Shown: positions 19,913-28,637, numbered from the stretch's first letter. The stretch is DNA of 64,000 bases from Gemmatimonadota bacterium (GCA_039588295.1 JBDHAB010000021.1:9112-73111); one strand, 5' to 3'. The notes: generated from the letters alone by a model not told the origin. Numbers and translations: made by a program.

Positions 19913-20650
19913 ATGCGGCTGTATGTGAACGTCGACCACGTCGCAACCATCCGAGAAGCGCGAAAGACCGACGAGCCGGACCCGCTGGAGGCGGCACGCG
20001 CGTGCCTGCGAGGAGGGGCGGACGGCATCACCATCCATCTGCGCGAAGATCGTCGGCACATCCAGGACGACGACGTACGAAGGATCGCCGCCGACATTCC
20101 AACGCCACTCAACCTGGAACTCGCCACCGCTCAGGACATTGTGCAGCTCGCGGTGGCCCTTCGCCCACACCAGGCCACCCTCGTCCCGGAGCGCCGTCAA
20201 GAAATCACGACCGAGGGCGGGTTGAGCCTGGGCCGCCCCGGCTCGTCCACTGAGGGTCGCCTCGGCGAGACCGTCGTACTGCTGCTGGAGGCGGGAATTC
20301 GGGTGAGCCTCTTCATCGATCCGGATCCGCCGACCATCGACCGTGCGGCGGAACTCGGGGTGCCGGCCATCGAACTGCACACCGGGGAGTACGCGAACAG
20401 CTATCGAGAGTCGACCGTCGCGCTCGAGCGGCTACACCGGGCTGTGGCGCGCGCGCGGCAGGCCGGGTTGGCGGTGCACGCAGGCCATGGCCTCACCTAC
20501 CGCAACGTCGGTGCCGTGGCGGCGATTCGCGACATCGAGGAGCTCAACATCGGGCACAGTCTCGTGAGCCGCTCGGTTCTCGTCGGCATGGAACAGGCCG
20601 TGCGCGAAATGCGCAAGCTGATTGACGCCGCGCGCGTTGACCGCGGTTGA
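19913..20650 (+). CDS. pdxJ: Pyridoxine 5'-phosphate synthase
   Basis: VNVDHVATIREAR, ITIHLREDRRHI, TTEGGL, IELHTG, HAGHGL and LNIGH. Confidence 0.97.
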   Translation: MRLYVNVDHVATIREARKTDEPDPLEAARACLRGGADGITIHLREDRRHIQDDDVRRIAADIPTPLNLELATAQDIVQLAVALRPHQATLVPERRQEITTEGGLSLGRPGSSTEGRLGETVVLLLEAGIRVSLFIDPDPPTIDRAAELGVPAIELHTGEYANSYRESTVALERLHRAVARARQAGLAVHAGHGLTYRNVGAVAAIRDIEELNIGHSLVSRSVLVGMEQAVREMRKLIDAARVDRG

Positions 20651-20805
20651 GGGCTCGCGTAGGTTTGGCCGTGCGCGTCCGCTCGGGCCGGTCGGCCATT
20701 GCCCTCCAGGCAGAGTGGGCCGCATCACATCCAACCGGGCCGGACTGACGTCATCGTTAGACGCACGCGTACGTCGGACACCGAACCCTGCCGCGAGGCA
20801 GCCAC

Positions 20806-22515
20806 ATGGACCAGCAGATGGGTCTCACCGAGTTCTTCGCAATGGAGGCCGGCGACTACGTCGAGCGCCTCGACGCGCTCGTCTCGCCGCCGTCGCAGCC
20901 CGACGCGGACGAGTTGGTGCGGCTGACCCGTGCGCTTCGTGGATCGGCGCTCATGGCCAAACAAGCCGATATCGCGTTGGCCGCGGCGGCGTTCGAACAT
21001 TTTGCACGAGACGTGAAGGACCGGCGGCGCCACTGGGACGACGTCACCAAACAGGCCGCCGTGCACGCCGTAGACGAGTTCAAGATCCTCATCCGCCAGG
21101 TTGGCTCATGGACCGATCTGGAGTCCGAGCGTGCCATCAGGCTCGCCCGGGGGCTGGACCCCGAAGGTACGTTCACGGAACCCGCGACCAGGGACCGGGT
21201 GCAGACCTTGGATGCGGGAACGCGGGCCTTCATCGGACGCGAGGGCGCCGCGGTCGGCAGCGCGCTCGACCGCGCCGCCAAATCCCTGCAACAGGATCCG
21301 GACGACCACGACTCGCTGCAACGCGTGATCACCATCATGCAGCCGCTGCGGGGCCTGTCGATTCTGTCAGAGCTACCGCCAATGCCTGAGCTGCTGGACG
21401 GGATCCAGCGTGCCATCAGCGAGGTCATCTCGGGACGGCAGCCGGCCGAGCGGGCTCCGCTGGTGCTCAACTCGGCCGCAAAGGCGCTGGCCCGTGCCGC
21501 CAAGGAAATCGCGACCGAGGGACAAGCTGAACCGGAGTCCCCCGACATGCAGGACTTCGTCGCGGGGCTACGCGGGCTCGTCGAGGAAGATGCGGCCGTC
21601 GTACCGATCGAATCCCTCAACTTCGATGACGGCCGTTCGCACATCGCGGAACAGGACGCGACACCGGCACGGCGGCGGGTGCTCGGGCAACTGGAACTCG
21701 TCTCGCATGGCGAGCACCTGCGTCAAGCCGCCGACGAACTCGACCGGGCGTGGTCCCGCACGCAGCTGGAGTTACGCGCGCAGGCGCTGGTGACGACGTT
21801 CCGCGCACTTTCGGCGGCGAGCGGCAGCTCGGTGCACGACGCGGTGGCGCATTTTGCGGTGGCGGCACGCGAGGCCGTGGTTCGCGGGGTGCCGCTGGAG
21901 CAGTCGCAGGAGTTCGTGACCACGCTGCGCCTAGCAGGCTCCACGCTGGTGGAGACAGGCCGGGAAGACGAGCATGCCCTGGCCCATCAGTTGACCGACC
22001 TCGCTTCGGAGCTCGACAACCTGCCGGGGAGAGGTACGCCGCCAGCCACGGTGTCTGCGGTGTCCGCTCCCGCGCCCCCGGCGCCGGAGCCTCCGGCCGT
22101 CGCGAGAGAACCCCAGGGTCTGGAAGCACCGGTGCTCGAGGCTCCAGCGGACACCGCCGCCGCCGCCGAGGAAACGCCCGACCTCGTGGGGAGCTGGGCA
22201 CGGTACGAACGATACGTCGAGACTCTGGGACTGGGCGAGCCGGCGCTCGACGAGCTGCTCGCCGGACCACCCGCTGACCCGGGTCCTCCCGGACAGGCGA
22301 CGGCGATGGAGGTTGCGGTCCCCGCGCCGGTGGAGCAACTCGTCGTGCCGATCGCGGAGCTCTGCTATAGCGGACGCGCGGCTCTCGGGCGGGCACTCGA
22401 ACTTCGCGATCAGGTGCGCGCCGCCATTGCCGCCGGGCCGGATGGGGCGGGCGTACAGGATCTCGTTGAGGAGATCCTGGATCTCGTCGAGCTTGGCACC
22501 AAAGACGAGCAGTAG
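20806..22515 (+). CDS. Hypothetical protein with degenerate Hpt-like helical bundles
   Basis: N-terminus FFAMEAGDYVERL...LTRALRGSALMA resembles the CheA P1/Hpt pattern (F..EA.E.L...HTLKGSA) but lacks the His. Pro-rich linker. Confidence 0.65.
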   Translation: MDQQMGLTEFFAMEAGDYVERLDALVSPPSQPDADELVRLTRALRGSALMAKQADIALAAAAFEHFARDVKDRRRHWDDVTKQAAVHAVDEFKILIRQVGSWTDLESERAIRLARGLDPEGTFTEPATRDRVQTLDAGTRAFIGREGAAVGSALDRAAKSLQQDPDDHDSLQRVITIMQPLRGLSILSELPPMPELLDGIQRAISEVISGRQPAERAPLVLNSAAKALARAAKEIATEGQAEPESPDMQDFVAGLRGLVEEDAAVVPIESLNFDDGRSHIAEQDATPARRRVLGQLELVSHGEHLRQAADELDRAWSRTQLELRAQALVTTFRALSAASGSSVHDAVAHFAVAAREAVVRGVPLEQSQEFVTTLRLAGSTLVETGREDEHALAHQLTDLASELDNLPGRGTPPATVSAVSAPAPPAPEPPAVAREPQGLEAPVLEAPADTAAAAEETPDLVGSWARYERYVETLGLGEPALDELLAGPPADPGPPGQATAMEVAVPAPVEQLVVPIAELCYSGRAALGRALELRDQVRAAIAAGPDGAGVQDLVEEILDLVELGTKDEQ

Positions 22516-23560
22516 CCGGGGCGGCCTCGGCTGGTCCGGTGCCGTCGGTGTCATCGTCTCCCTCCTCTTGTTGTGGTGGGCCCTCCACGACGTCTCGCTC
22601 GCCGAGGTATGGGCTCGGCTTCGGCGCGCACACTGGGCTCCGCTGCTTGCGACCGTCGCCCTGGCCACCTTGCGGTTCCCACTGGTCACCGTTCGTTGGC
22701 GCTACCTGCTGCGTCTTGAGGGAAGCGCTCTGCCGTTCCTGCCCCTGTGGCATGCGACGGCCATCGGGTTCATGGCGAACAACCTGTTGCCTGCCCGAGC
22801 CGGCGAGGTCGCCCGAGCGTACGCGGCGCGCAGGCTCACCAACGTGCGCTTCTCCACGGCGTTGGCGTCCATCGCGGTCGAGCGGGTGGTGGATGGGATC
22901 GCGCTGGTGACGCTCCTGGTTATCGCGATCTGGGCGGGTGGGTTCGCACCGGATACTTCCGTCGCCGGTGTCACCTTGGGCGGCATTGCCAAAGGCGCGG
23001 GCCTGCTCTTCGGCGGGACGCTGGTCGCAGCCATCGTGCTCGTGCACTGGCCTAGGCCCTTCCTGCGGATCGCGCGCCGGTTCGCCAGCCGCACGTTGCC
23101 CGAACGCTGGGCCACGAGGTTCGTCGGCATTCTGGAAGGGATGCTGCTGGGGCTCGAAGCCCTGCGAAGTCCGCGTCGGTTCGCGGCGGTGTTGCTCTGG
23201 TCACTCCTGATCTGGATCGTCGCGAGCGCCTCGTTCTGGACCGGGTTCCTCGCCTTCGACATTGCGGTACCGTGGTCCGCGGCCTTGTTGCAGCAGGGGC
23301 TCGTCGCGTTCGGCGTGGGCATCCCGTCGTCACCCGGGTTCGTCGGCGTGTTCGAAGCGGTCACCCGGGTGTCGCTCGCCCTCTATGGCGTCGACGAGGG
23401 ACGCGCCGTTTCCTACGCCATCGGCTATCACGTCACGACGTTCCTTCCGATCACCCTGCTCGGCATGTGGTCCCTCGCTCGGGCGCGCCTCCACCTGGCC
23501 GACCTCCGCGGTGCGGCGGATGACCCCGAGGCGGGCTCGACCAGCGCGGCACATGCCTGA
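22493..23560 (+). CDS. Lysylphosphatidylglycerol-synthase TM / flippase-like membrane protein (start approximate)
   Basis: RW..LL, IGFMANNLLPARAGEVAR, VERVVD and PSSPGFVGVFE. Multiple TM helices. Confidence 0.85.
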   Translation: MAPKTSSSRGGLGWSGAVGVIVSLLLLWWALHDVSLAEVWARLRRAHWAPLLATVALATLRFPLVTVRWRYLLRLEGSALPFLPLWHATAIGFMANNLLPARAGEVARAYAARRLTNVRFSTALASIAVERVVDGIALVTLLVIAIWAGGFAPDTSVAGVTLGGIAKGAGLLFGGTLVAAIVLVHWPRPFLRIARRFASRTLPERWATRFVGILEGMLLGLEALRSPRRFAAVLLWSLLIWIVASASFWTGFLAFDIAVPWSAALLQQGLVAFGVGIPSSPGFVGVFEAVTRVSLALYGVDEGRAVSYAIGYHVTTFLPITLLGMWSLARARLHLADLRGAADDPEAGSTSAAHA

Positions 23561-24455
23561 TACCGTCGAGATCAACGCTCACGCGAAGGCGAATCTCTTC
23601 GTCCGCGTGCTCGCGCAGGAGGCATCCGGGTATCACTCGATCGAGACGCTGTTCACTCTGCTCGAGCTCCACGACGACCTGACCGTAGAGCGCGCGGAAT
23701 CCGGGATCGAGCTGACGGTCGAGGGCGCCGATACGGGACCGGTCGAGCGGAACCTCGCCCACCGCGCTGCGGCCATGGTGCTTGCCGCGACCGGAAACCG
23801 GTTTGGCGTTCGCATGCGGCTCCGTAAGCGCACCCCCGTGATGGCTGGTCTCGGGGGGGGCTCGAGCAACGGAGCCGCGGCGTTGCACGCCGTCAACCGG
23901 CTTGCCGAGAACGCGGTTCCCAGACACGAGTTGCTGCAGTTCGCCGCCAAGCTCGGCAGTGACGTGCCGTTCCTTGCCGCTGGCGCACCGCTGGCACTGG
24001 CCTGGAGCCGCGGTGAACGAATGCTCCGGGTGCGGCCACCGCCGGCAGCACCCGTGCTCGTGGTGGTACCGCCCTTTGGCGTGAGCACCCGGGAAGCATA
24101 CGAGCTGCTGGCCGCCGGTCGTGCCAAGGGCGAGCGTCGGGGGCCAATCCTCCTCGATGCCGCGGGATTCGACACCTGGGGCGCCATCGGCAGGCTTGGC
24201 GGCAACGACTTCGAGAGCGTGGTGTTCGGCTGGGAGCCGGCTCTGCGCGAGTGGTTCGAGCAGGTTGCCGAAACACGCCCACTGCTCGTTCGCCTCTCCG
24301 GCTCCGGATCGGCGATCGTCGCCGTGTACAAGAGTGACGCGGACCGCGACGCCGCTGCGCAGACAGTGGGCTCGCAGCACGCCGCGTTGATCGCGACGTC
24401 GACACGGGCCCAACCGGCACCGGGACCGGAGTACGTCGCCGCCGGTGGCGACTGA
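23553..24455 (+). CDS. ispE: 4-diphosphocytidyl-2-C-methyl-D-erythritol kinase
   Basis: AKANL, GYHSIET, P..AGLGGGSSN (GHMP), LGSDVPF and LSGSGS. Confidence 0.94.
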   Translation: MPDTVEINAHAKANLFVRVLAQEASGYHSIETLFTLLELHDDLTVERAESGIELTVEGADTGPVERNLAHRAAAMVLAATGNRFGVRMRLRKRTPVMAGLGGGSSNGAAALHAVNRLAENAVPRHELLQFAAKLGSDVPFLAAGAPLALAWSRGERMLRVRPPPAAPVLVVVPPFGVSTREAYELLAAGRAKGERRGPILLDAAGFDTWGAIGRLGGNDFESVVFGWEPALREWFEQVAETRPLLVRLSGSGSAIVAVYKSDADRDAAAQTVGSQHAALIATSTRAQPAPGPEYVAAGGD

Positions 24456-24502
24456 CCCACACCGCCCGTCGGTTCATGGTTAGCTTGGGTCACCAGTACC
24501 GG

Positions 24503-24541
24503 TGGCCCCCTCGTCCAATGGCAGGACGCCGGTCTTTGGAT
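24503..24541 (+). pseudogene. Displaced 5' half of tRNA-Gln (att site of the integrated element)
   Basis: TGGCCCCCTCGTCCAATGGCAGGACGCCGGTCTTTGGAT matches 25814-25851 except for one extra C. The match ends one base after the anticodon loop. Confidence 0.88.
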
Positions 24542-24857
24542 TCTTCTGTCGCGCGCTGTTCTGTGCGCATCTCTCTGAAATGACAAGCACTTAGCTCTGC
24601 GAGGTCGCTCCTCACGCCCGTTGGTGCGCGTCCGCAACGTGACAATCGAGAAGGGTCCCTTCGTCACACAGCGAGCGGAAAAGCGACACCCTCTAGCAGA
24701 TAAGCCCGAAGAAGCTTATTATGGTTGGCTAAGCCCGATTGCTCGGAGCCGCTCGCATGGCAGAACTCTCCGACGGTCTCATAGCAACATGCTCCTCAGC
24801 GACCGTGTTGTTTCCTCCCAGTACCCTCCCAGGTGCGCTCCGCGCCAAGGAGTAACG

Positions 24858-25400
24858 ATGAACCGATTCGCCAAACCCGCACTCGCACTCGTTCTCGTCC
24901 TCTGTGTTCTCGTCCCCGCGACCGCGCACGCGCAGCGGGCGAACCGCGCCAAGACCCAGGAAGCGATGAAGGCCGCGCCGCAGGATCTCGCCCGCAACGC
25001 CACAATCATGGATTGGGATCAGACTGTCTTGCGCGAGGGAACGAATGGCTGGACGTGCATGCCAACACCGCCAGATCTCCCAGGCACCGCCCCTATGTGT
25101 CTGGACGAGCAGTGGGTCAATTGGGCACACGCTTGGCAGACCCGGACCACACCCACCTTCACGGGTATCGGTATTTCCTACATGCTGGAGGGAGATGAAG
25201 GCGCGAGCAACTCAGATCCCTACGGCACCAAGGAGACAGCGACGGATTGGGTCGTGGCCGGACCGCACCTCATGATCGTCGTTCCCGATCCATCGCTGCT
25301 GGACGGCCTCACCACCGACCCCAACACCGGCGGCCCGTGGGTGATGTGGAAGGGAACACCATACGCGCACATCATGGTGCCGGTGGGCAAGCGCAAGTAG
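24858..25400 (+). CDS. Conserved-looking secreted hypothetical protein (islet cargo)
   Basis: AAGGAG RBS, signal peptide ending ATAHA-Q, two Cys (GWTCMP, PMCLD), GPHLMI and WVMWKGTPYAHIM. Confidence 0.8.
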   Translation: MNRFAKPALALVLVLCVLVPATAHAQRANRAKTQEAMKAAPQDLARNATIMDWDQTVLREGTNGWTCMPTPPDLPGTAPMCLDEQWVNWAHAWQTRTTPTFTGIGISYMLEGDEGASNSDPYGTKETATDWVVAGPHLMIVVPDPSLLDGLTTDPNTGGPWVMWKGTPYAHIMVPVGKRK

Positions 25401-25426
25401 CCGCTCAATCACTCCAGAGGAATGAT

Positions 25427-25471
25427 GGGGGGGACCCCGTGCACCTCATTCGGCGCACGGAGTCCCCCCCC
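25427..25471 (+). terminator. Strong hairpin after the cargo gene
   Basis: GGGGGGGAC-CCCGTGC ... GCACGGA-GTCCCCCCC inverted repeat. Confidence 0.5.
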
Positions 25472-25482
25472 GTTCGCAGTCC

Positions 25483-25640
25483 TACACCTATCACCACGGT
25501 CCGAACGGTCAGTTAATTCGGGTCGGCGTCTATCAGGTCGCGCGTGAACTGGGCCATCGCAATACAGACATGGTCGAGCAGGTGTACGGCCACGTAGCGC
25601 CCAGGCCGGAGAGGTTGCGGCCAGAGGTCCGCTACCCGAC
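25483..25640 (+). pseudogene. C-terminal fragment of a tyrosine recombinase/integrase
   Basis: Frame of 25531 reads ...VGVYQVARELGHRNTDMVEQVYGHV..., the LGH...Y catalytic end of tyrosine recombinases. The rest of the gene is missing. Confidence 0.75.
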
Positions 25641-25813
25641 TAATGGGACTTGGACGCCGACTAGCGACGGAGCCTGGTTGGCAGTTCATCAATCCGGCGC
25701 TAGGATTCACGACGCCTGGACGCGCCAAGGGCGGATGGCGTGTGACAATGGGCGTGACACCAGCGGAGACAAAGAACCTCCCAATGTTGTAAACTGTTGT
25801 TCGGCAAGCACTT

Positions 25814-25884
25814 TGGCCCCTCGTCCAATGGCAGGACGCCGGTCTTTGGATCCGGAAATGATGGTTCGAATCCATCGGGGCCAA
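25814..25884 (+). tRNA. tRNA-Gln(TTG), CCA not encoded
   Basis: Acceptor TGGCCCC/GGGGCCA+A, D-stem GTCC/GGAC, anticodon loop CT-TTG-GA and T-arm GATGG-TTCGAAT-CCATC. Confidence 0.95.
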
Positions 25885-25912
25885 TTCCGCACTCTCCTCT
25901 CGAGGTGAAGGA

Positions 25913-27718
25913 ATGAAACTCCCCTCGATCCAAGCACTCGTTGACGCCACGCGCGCCACGGCGCGGCGCTTCCCGATGGTTCTTCTTGCGGCAGTCGTGG
26001 CAGCGGCGGCGGGTGTCGTTGCCACATTCGACGGCGTCGACGAGGAGATCTGGTTGCGGATATTCGGCGTGGCGGCGATGGGGATTCCCTACTACCTGGC
26101 AGTCGGCCTCCTGGCCGAGCGGCGGGGTTGGACGTTCCTCGCTTCCGCTGTCACGTGGGTGTTGGGGGCGGTGCTCCTGGTCAGTTTCTATCTGTCTTGG
26201 CTGAACTGGTCCGAGCCGGTGGCAGTGGGCCGCTACATGCAGGTGAGTGTGGGGCTGCATCTGCTGGTCGCGGTGCTGCCCTTCGTGGGTGTGACCGAGC
26301 ACCGTGGCTTCTGGCAGTTCAATCACGACCTGCTGCTCCGATTCCTCACCGCAGCGGTCTACTCCGCCGTGCTGTACGGAGGCCTCGCCATCGCCCTCGT
26401 GGCCGTGGACAACCTGTTCGGGCTCGAAGTGGCGGAGGTGACCTATCTTCGCCTCTGGATCGTCATCGCCTTCCTGTTCAATACGTGGTTCTTCCTCGGG
26501 GGCGTGCCGGGGAACCTGGCAGCCCTCGACCAGGTCGCCGACTACCCCAAGGGACTCAAGATCTTCACGCAGTACATGCTCATCCCGATCGTGGTCGTGT
26601 ATCTCGTCATCCTCACGACCTACCTGGGGAAGGTGCTGGTGACGACCGTGTGGCCGAGCGGGTGGATTGGCTGGCTCGTCTCGAGCGTGGCCGCCGTGGG
26701 CATCTTCTCGCTCTTACTCGTTCATCCCATCACGGAGTGGGTAGAGAATCGGTGGATTCGAACGTACGCCCGCGGGTTCTACATTGCGCTGCTGCCAGCG
26801 ATCGTCATGCTGTGGCTCGCGATCTGGAAGCGCATCGAGCAGTATGGCGTCACCGAGCCTCGCTACTTCCTGGCCGTGCTCTCCATTTGGCTCGCCGGCA
26901 TCGCCGTGTACTACGCCGTTCGCCGCTCCCGGAGCATCAAGATCATTCCCGCATCACTCTGCGTGGCCGCGTTCGTCACGTTTGCCGGGCCGTGGAGTGC
27001 GTACCGCGTGTCGGAGTCCAGCCAGGTCCGTCGATTGGAGGGCCTCCTGACGCGGAATGAGATCCTCCGGGAGGGACAGCTCCAGCGTGCCGGGGCACCG
27101 GTATCCTTCGACGATGGCAAGGAGATCAGCGCAATCCTTCGGTACCTCATCAGCACGCACGGAACCGGGGCGCTGGAAGGTTGGTTCGATGGCTCTCTGG
27201 CGTCTGTGGACACGGTTACGGACGATACGGGTCCCTCGCCTCCCGGCGAAGCCGACGAGCGTGCACGGCTCATCACGGCATTCACCGGCGTCGACTACGT
27301 CAGCTCGGGAGAGGCACGCCGCCCGGGAAGCTTCTCGTACGCCGCGGCCTGGCGGGAGGAAGCGATCCCGATCGAGGGCTACGACTTCGCATGGCGGGGT
27401 GAGGGCTTCTTGGGCGACTCCGCCGCGATTGGCGAGCGATTGACGCTGCGGTACGATTCGACGGCGGCCGCAATCCGCCTCTCTGCACGCGACACGCTGC
27501 TGGCAGAGATCCCGCTTCAGCCCATCCTCGACTCCGCAAGCACTTATCGGGAACGTGCCCGCCCGGACCGCCGGATACCGCCCACCGTCATGCGCGCGCT
27601 CGTCGACAACGATCGCGTACGCCTCGCGGTGTATGTCTCCAATGTCCAGGGACGGGAGATCGAGGATCGCTTCGAGCTCCAGACCCTCGCCCTGGATCTG
27701 TTCTACACGATCAAGTAG
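25913..27718 (+). CDS. DUF4153-like polytopic membrane protein
   Basis: About 11 TM helices. RRFP, YPKGLKIFTQY, RIEQYGVTEPRY and GPWSAY.VSE.SQ motifs. Confidence 0.8.
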   Translation: MKLPSIQALVDATRATARRFPMVLLAAVVAAAAGVVATFDGVDEEIWLRIFGVAAMGIPYYLAVGLLAERRGWTFLASAVTWVLGAVLLVSFYLSWLNWSEPVAVGRYMQVSVGLHLLVAVLPFVGVTEHRGFWQFNHDLLLRFLTAAVYSAVLYGGLAIALVAVDNLFGLEVAEVTYLRLWIVIAFLFNTWFFLGGVPGNLAALDQVADYPKGLKIFTQYMLIPIVVVYLVILTTYLGKVLVTTVWPSGWIGWLVSSVAAVGIFSLLLVHPITEWVENRWIRTYARGFYIALLPAIVMLWLAIWKRIEQYGVTEPRYFLAVLSIWLAGIAVYYAVRRSRSIKIIPASLCVAAFVTFAGPWSAYRVSESSQVRRLEGLLTRNEILREGQLQRAGAPVSFDDGKEISAILRYLISTHGTGALEGWFDGSLASVDTVTDDTGPSPPGEADERARLITAFTGVDYVSSGEARRPGSFSYAAAWREEAIPIEGYDFAWRGEGFLGDSAAIGERLTLRYDSTAAAIRLSARDTLLAEIPLQPILDSASTYRERARPDRRIPPTVMRALVDNDRVRLAVYVSNVQGREIEDRFELQTLALDLFYTIK

Positions 27719-27721
27719 ACC

Positions 27722-27982
27722 TTAGTCGGCCTTGATCTTGAACAGCTGATCGTGGGGCCGCGCCCGCGCGACCACCTGGATCGCCACCTCTTGACCCTTC
27801 TTGGCCTGCTCGACCTTCTGATGGTCCACTTCCATCGACACGATCCGCTCCGTGAAGTCACTCGTGTGACCCACAAAACGCACCTCGTCCCCGACGACCA
27901 GCTCGCCATCGGTGACCTTGACGACCGCCACGCTGGGTCCTTTGAAGAAATGCGTGACCACTCCGACCAATTGCTCCGACAT
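27722..27982 (-). CDS. Small stand-alone translation-factor beta-barrel-like protein
   Basis: VGVVTHFF..PSVAVV..GD.V.F.GHTSDF....SMEVDH..VE.A.KGQEVAI. GAGGA RBS. Confidence 0.75.
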   Translation of the reverse strand: MSEQLVGVVTHFFKGPSVAVVKVTDGELVVGDEVRFVGHTSDFTERIVSMEVDHQKVEQAKKGQEVAIQVVARARPHDQLFKIKAD

Positions 27983-28189
27983 GGTGTCCTCGGCGCCCGG
28001 TGATGCGTTGCTGTTCCCTCCGAAGTCGGAGATACCACGGTTCCGCCCGCGGCGCTAGAGCGACGCGCGGTCTGAGCGTCCCCCGGCCCACGTGGCCTCC
28101 GAATCGCCCGAGGGCTGCAAACCCGGGGGCCGTTGCACCATCTTTGTGATGAGAGGCCCAGAGCCGGACCGCTGACCGGACGTGATGCG

Positions 28190-28579
28190 ATGACCTTGGC
28201 GCTGTACCACCGAACGTCGATCCTGGAGGCCCGCGGCATCGTGGAGCGGGGCTTCGAGGACGTGGACTGGGATTTCGGGTTGCGGGACGCCCGCACCGGC
28301 GAAGAGACCGTCGTCACGGGGGTCTGGGTGGCGGACCGGCAGCTGGGCGCCGGCGACGGCATTGAGGGAGACGCCCTCATCGAGGTCTCGCTGGACGTCG
28401 CGGCAGAAGACCTGAAGAGCTTCGAGCTCGAGGGCATGCTGTGGGACGCCCGCGTCTGGGTGGTTCCGGCCGAGCTCCTCAACGCACGAGGCAAGGCACG
28501 CATCCTCACCGTGGATCCCAACACCTCGTGGTTTCACCAGGCGTGGGACGGAGACGGTCAGACCCCCGGCCCGGAGTAG
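28190..28579 (+). CDS. Hypothetical protein, possible ADP-ribosyltransferase-like fold
   Basis: LYHRTS...GIVERGF...GVWVAD...LIEV...WVVPAELLN pattern. Coding-like codon usage. Confidence 0.6.
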   Translation: MTLALYHRTSILEARGIVERGFEDVDWDFGLRDARTGEETVVTGVWVADRQLGAGDGIEGDALIEVSLDVAAEDLKSFELEGMLWDARVWVVPAELLNARGKARILTVDPNTSWFHQAWDGDGQTPGPE

Positions 28580-28637
28580 CCCGTCCGCTCACCCCCTGTC
28601 AGCCAGTCAGACGGTTGGTCACCGGGCGGCAAGAACC

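Larger units (their letters stand above)
24503..25851. mobile_element. Decayed tRNA-Gln-targeting integrative element (genomic islet)
   Basis: Bounded by direct repeats of the tRNA 5' half. Contains an integrase C-terminal fragment, one cargo gene and more AT-rich spacers. Confidence 0.8.

Noticed and set aside
24503..24580. A second functional or split tRNA-Gln
   Set aside because: There is no 3' anticodon strand, T-arm or acceptor 3' strand after 24541, and no intron-like or trans-splicing features. An att remnant explains it better.
25836..25856. T-T mismatch at the base of the tRNA-Gln anticodon stem as a sign of pseudogenisation
   Set aside because: Both copies have the same bases, the rest of the cloverleaf is perfect, and 31:39 mismatches occur in functional tRNAs.
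25570..25908. The 112-aa ORF as a real gene
   Set aside because: Only its first residues are integrase-like, and the rest runs through the att region and the tRNA.
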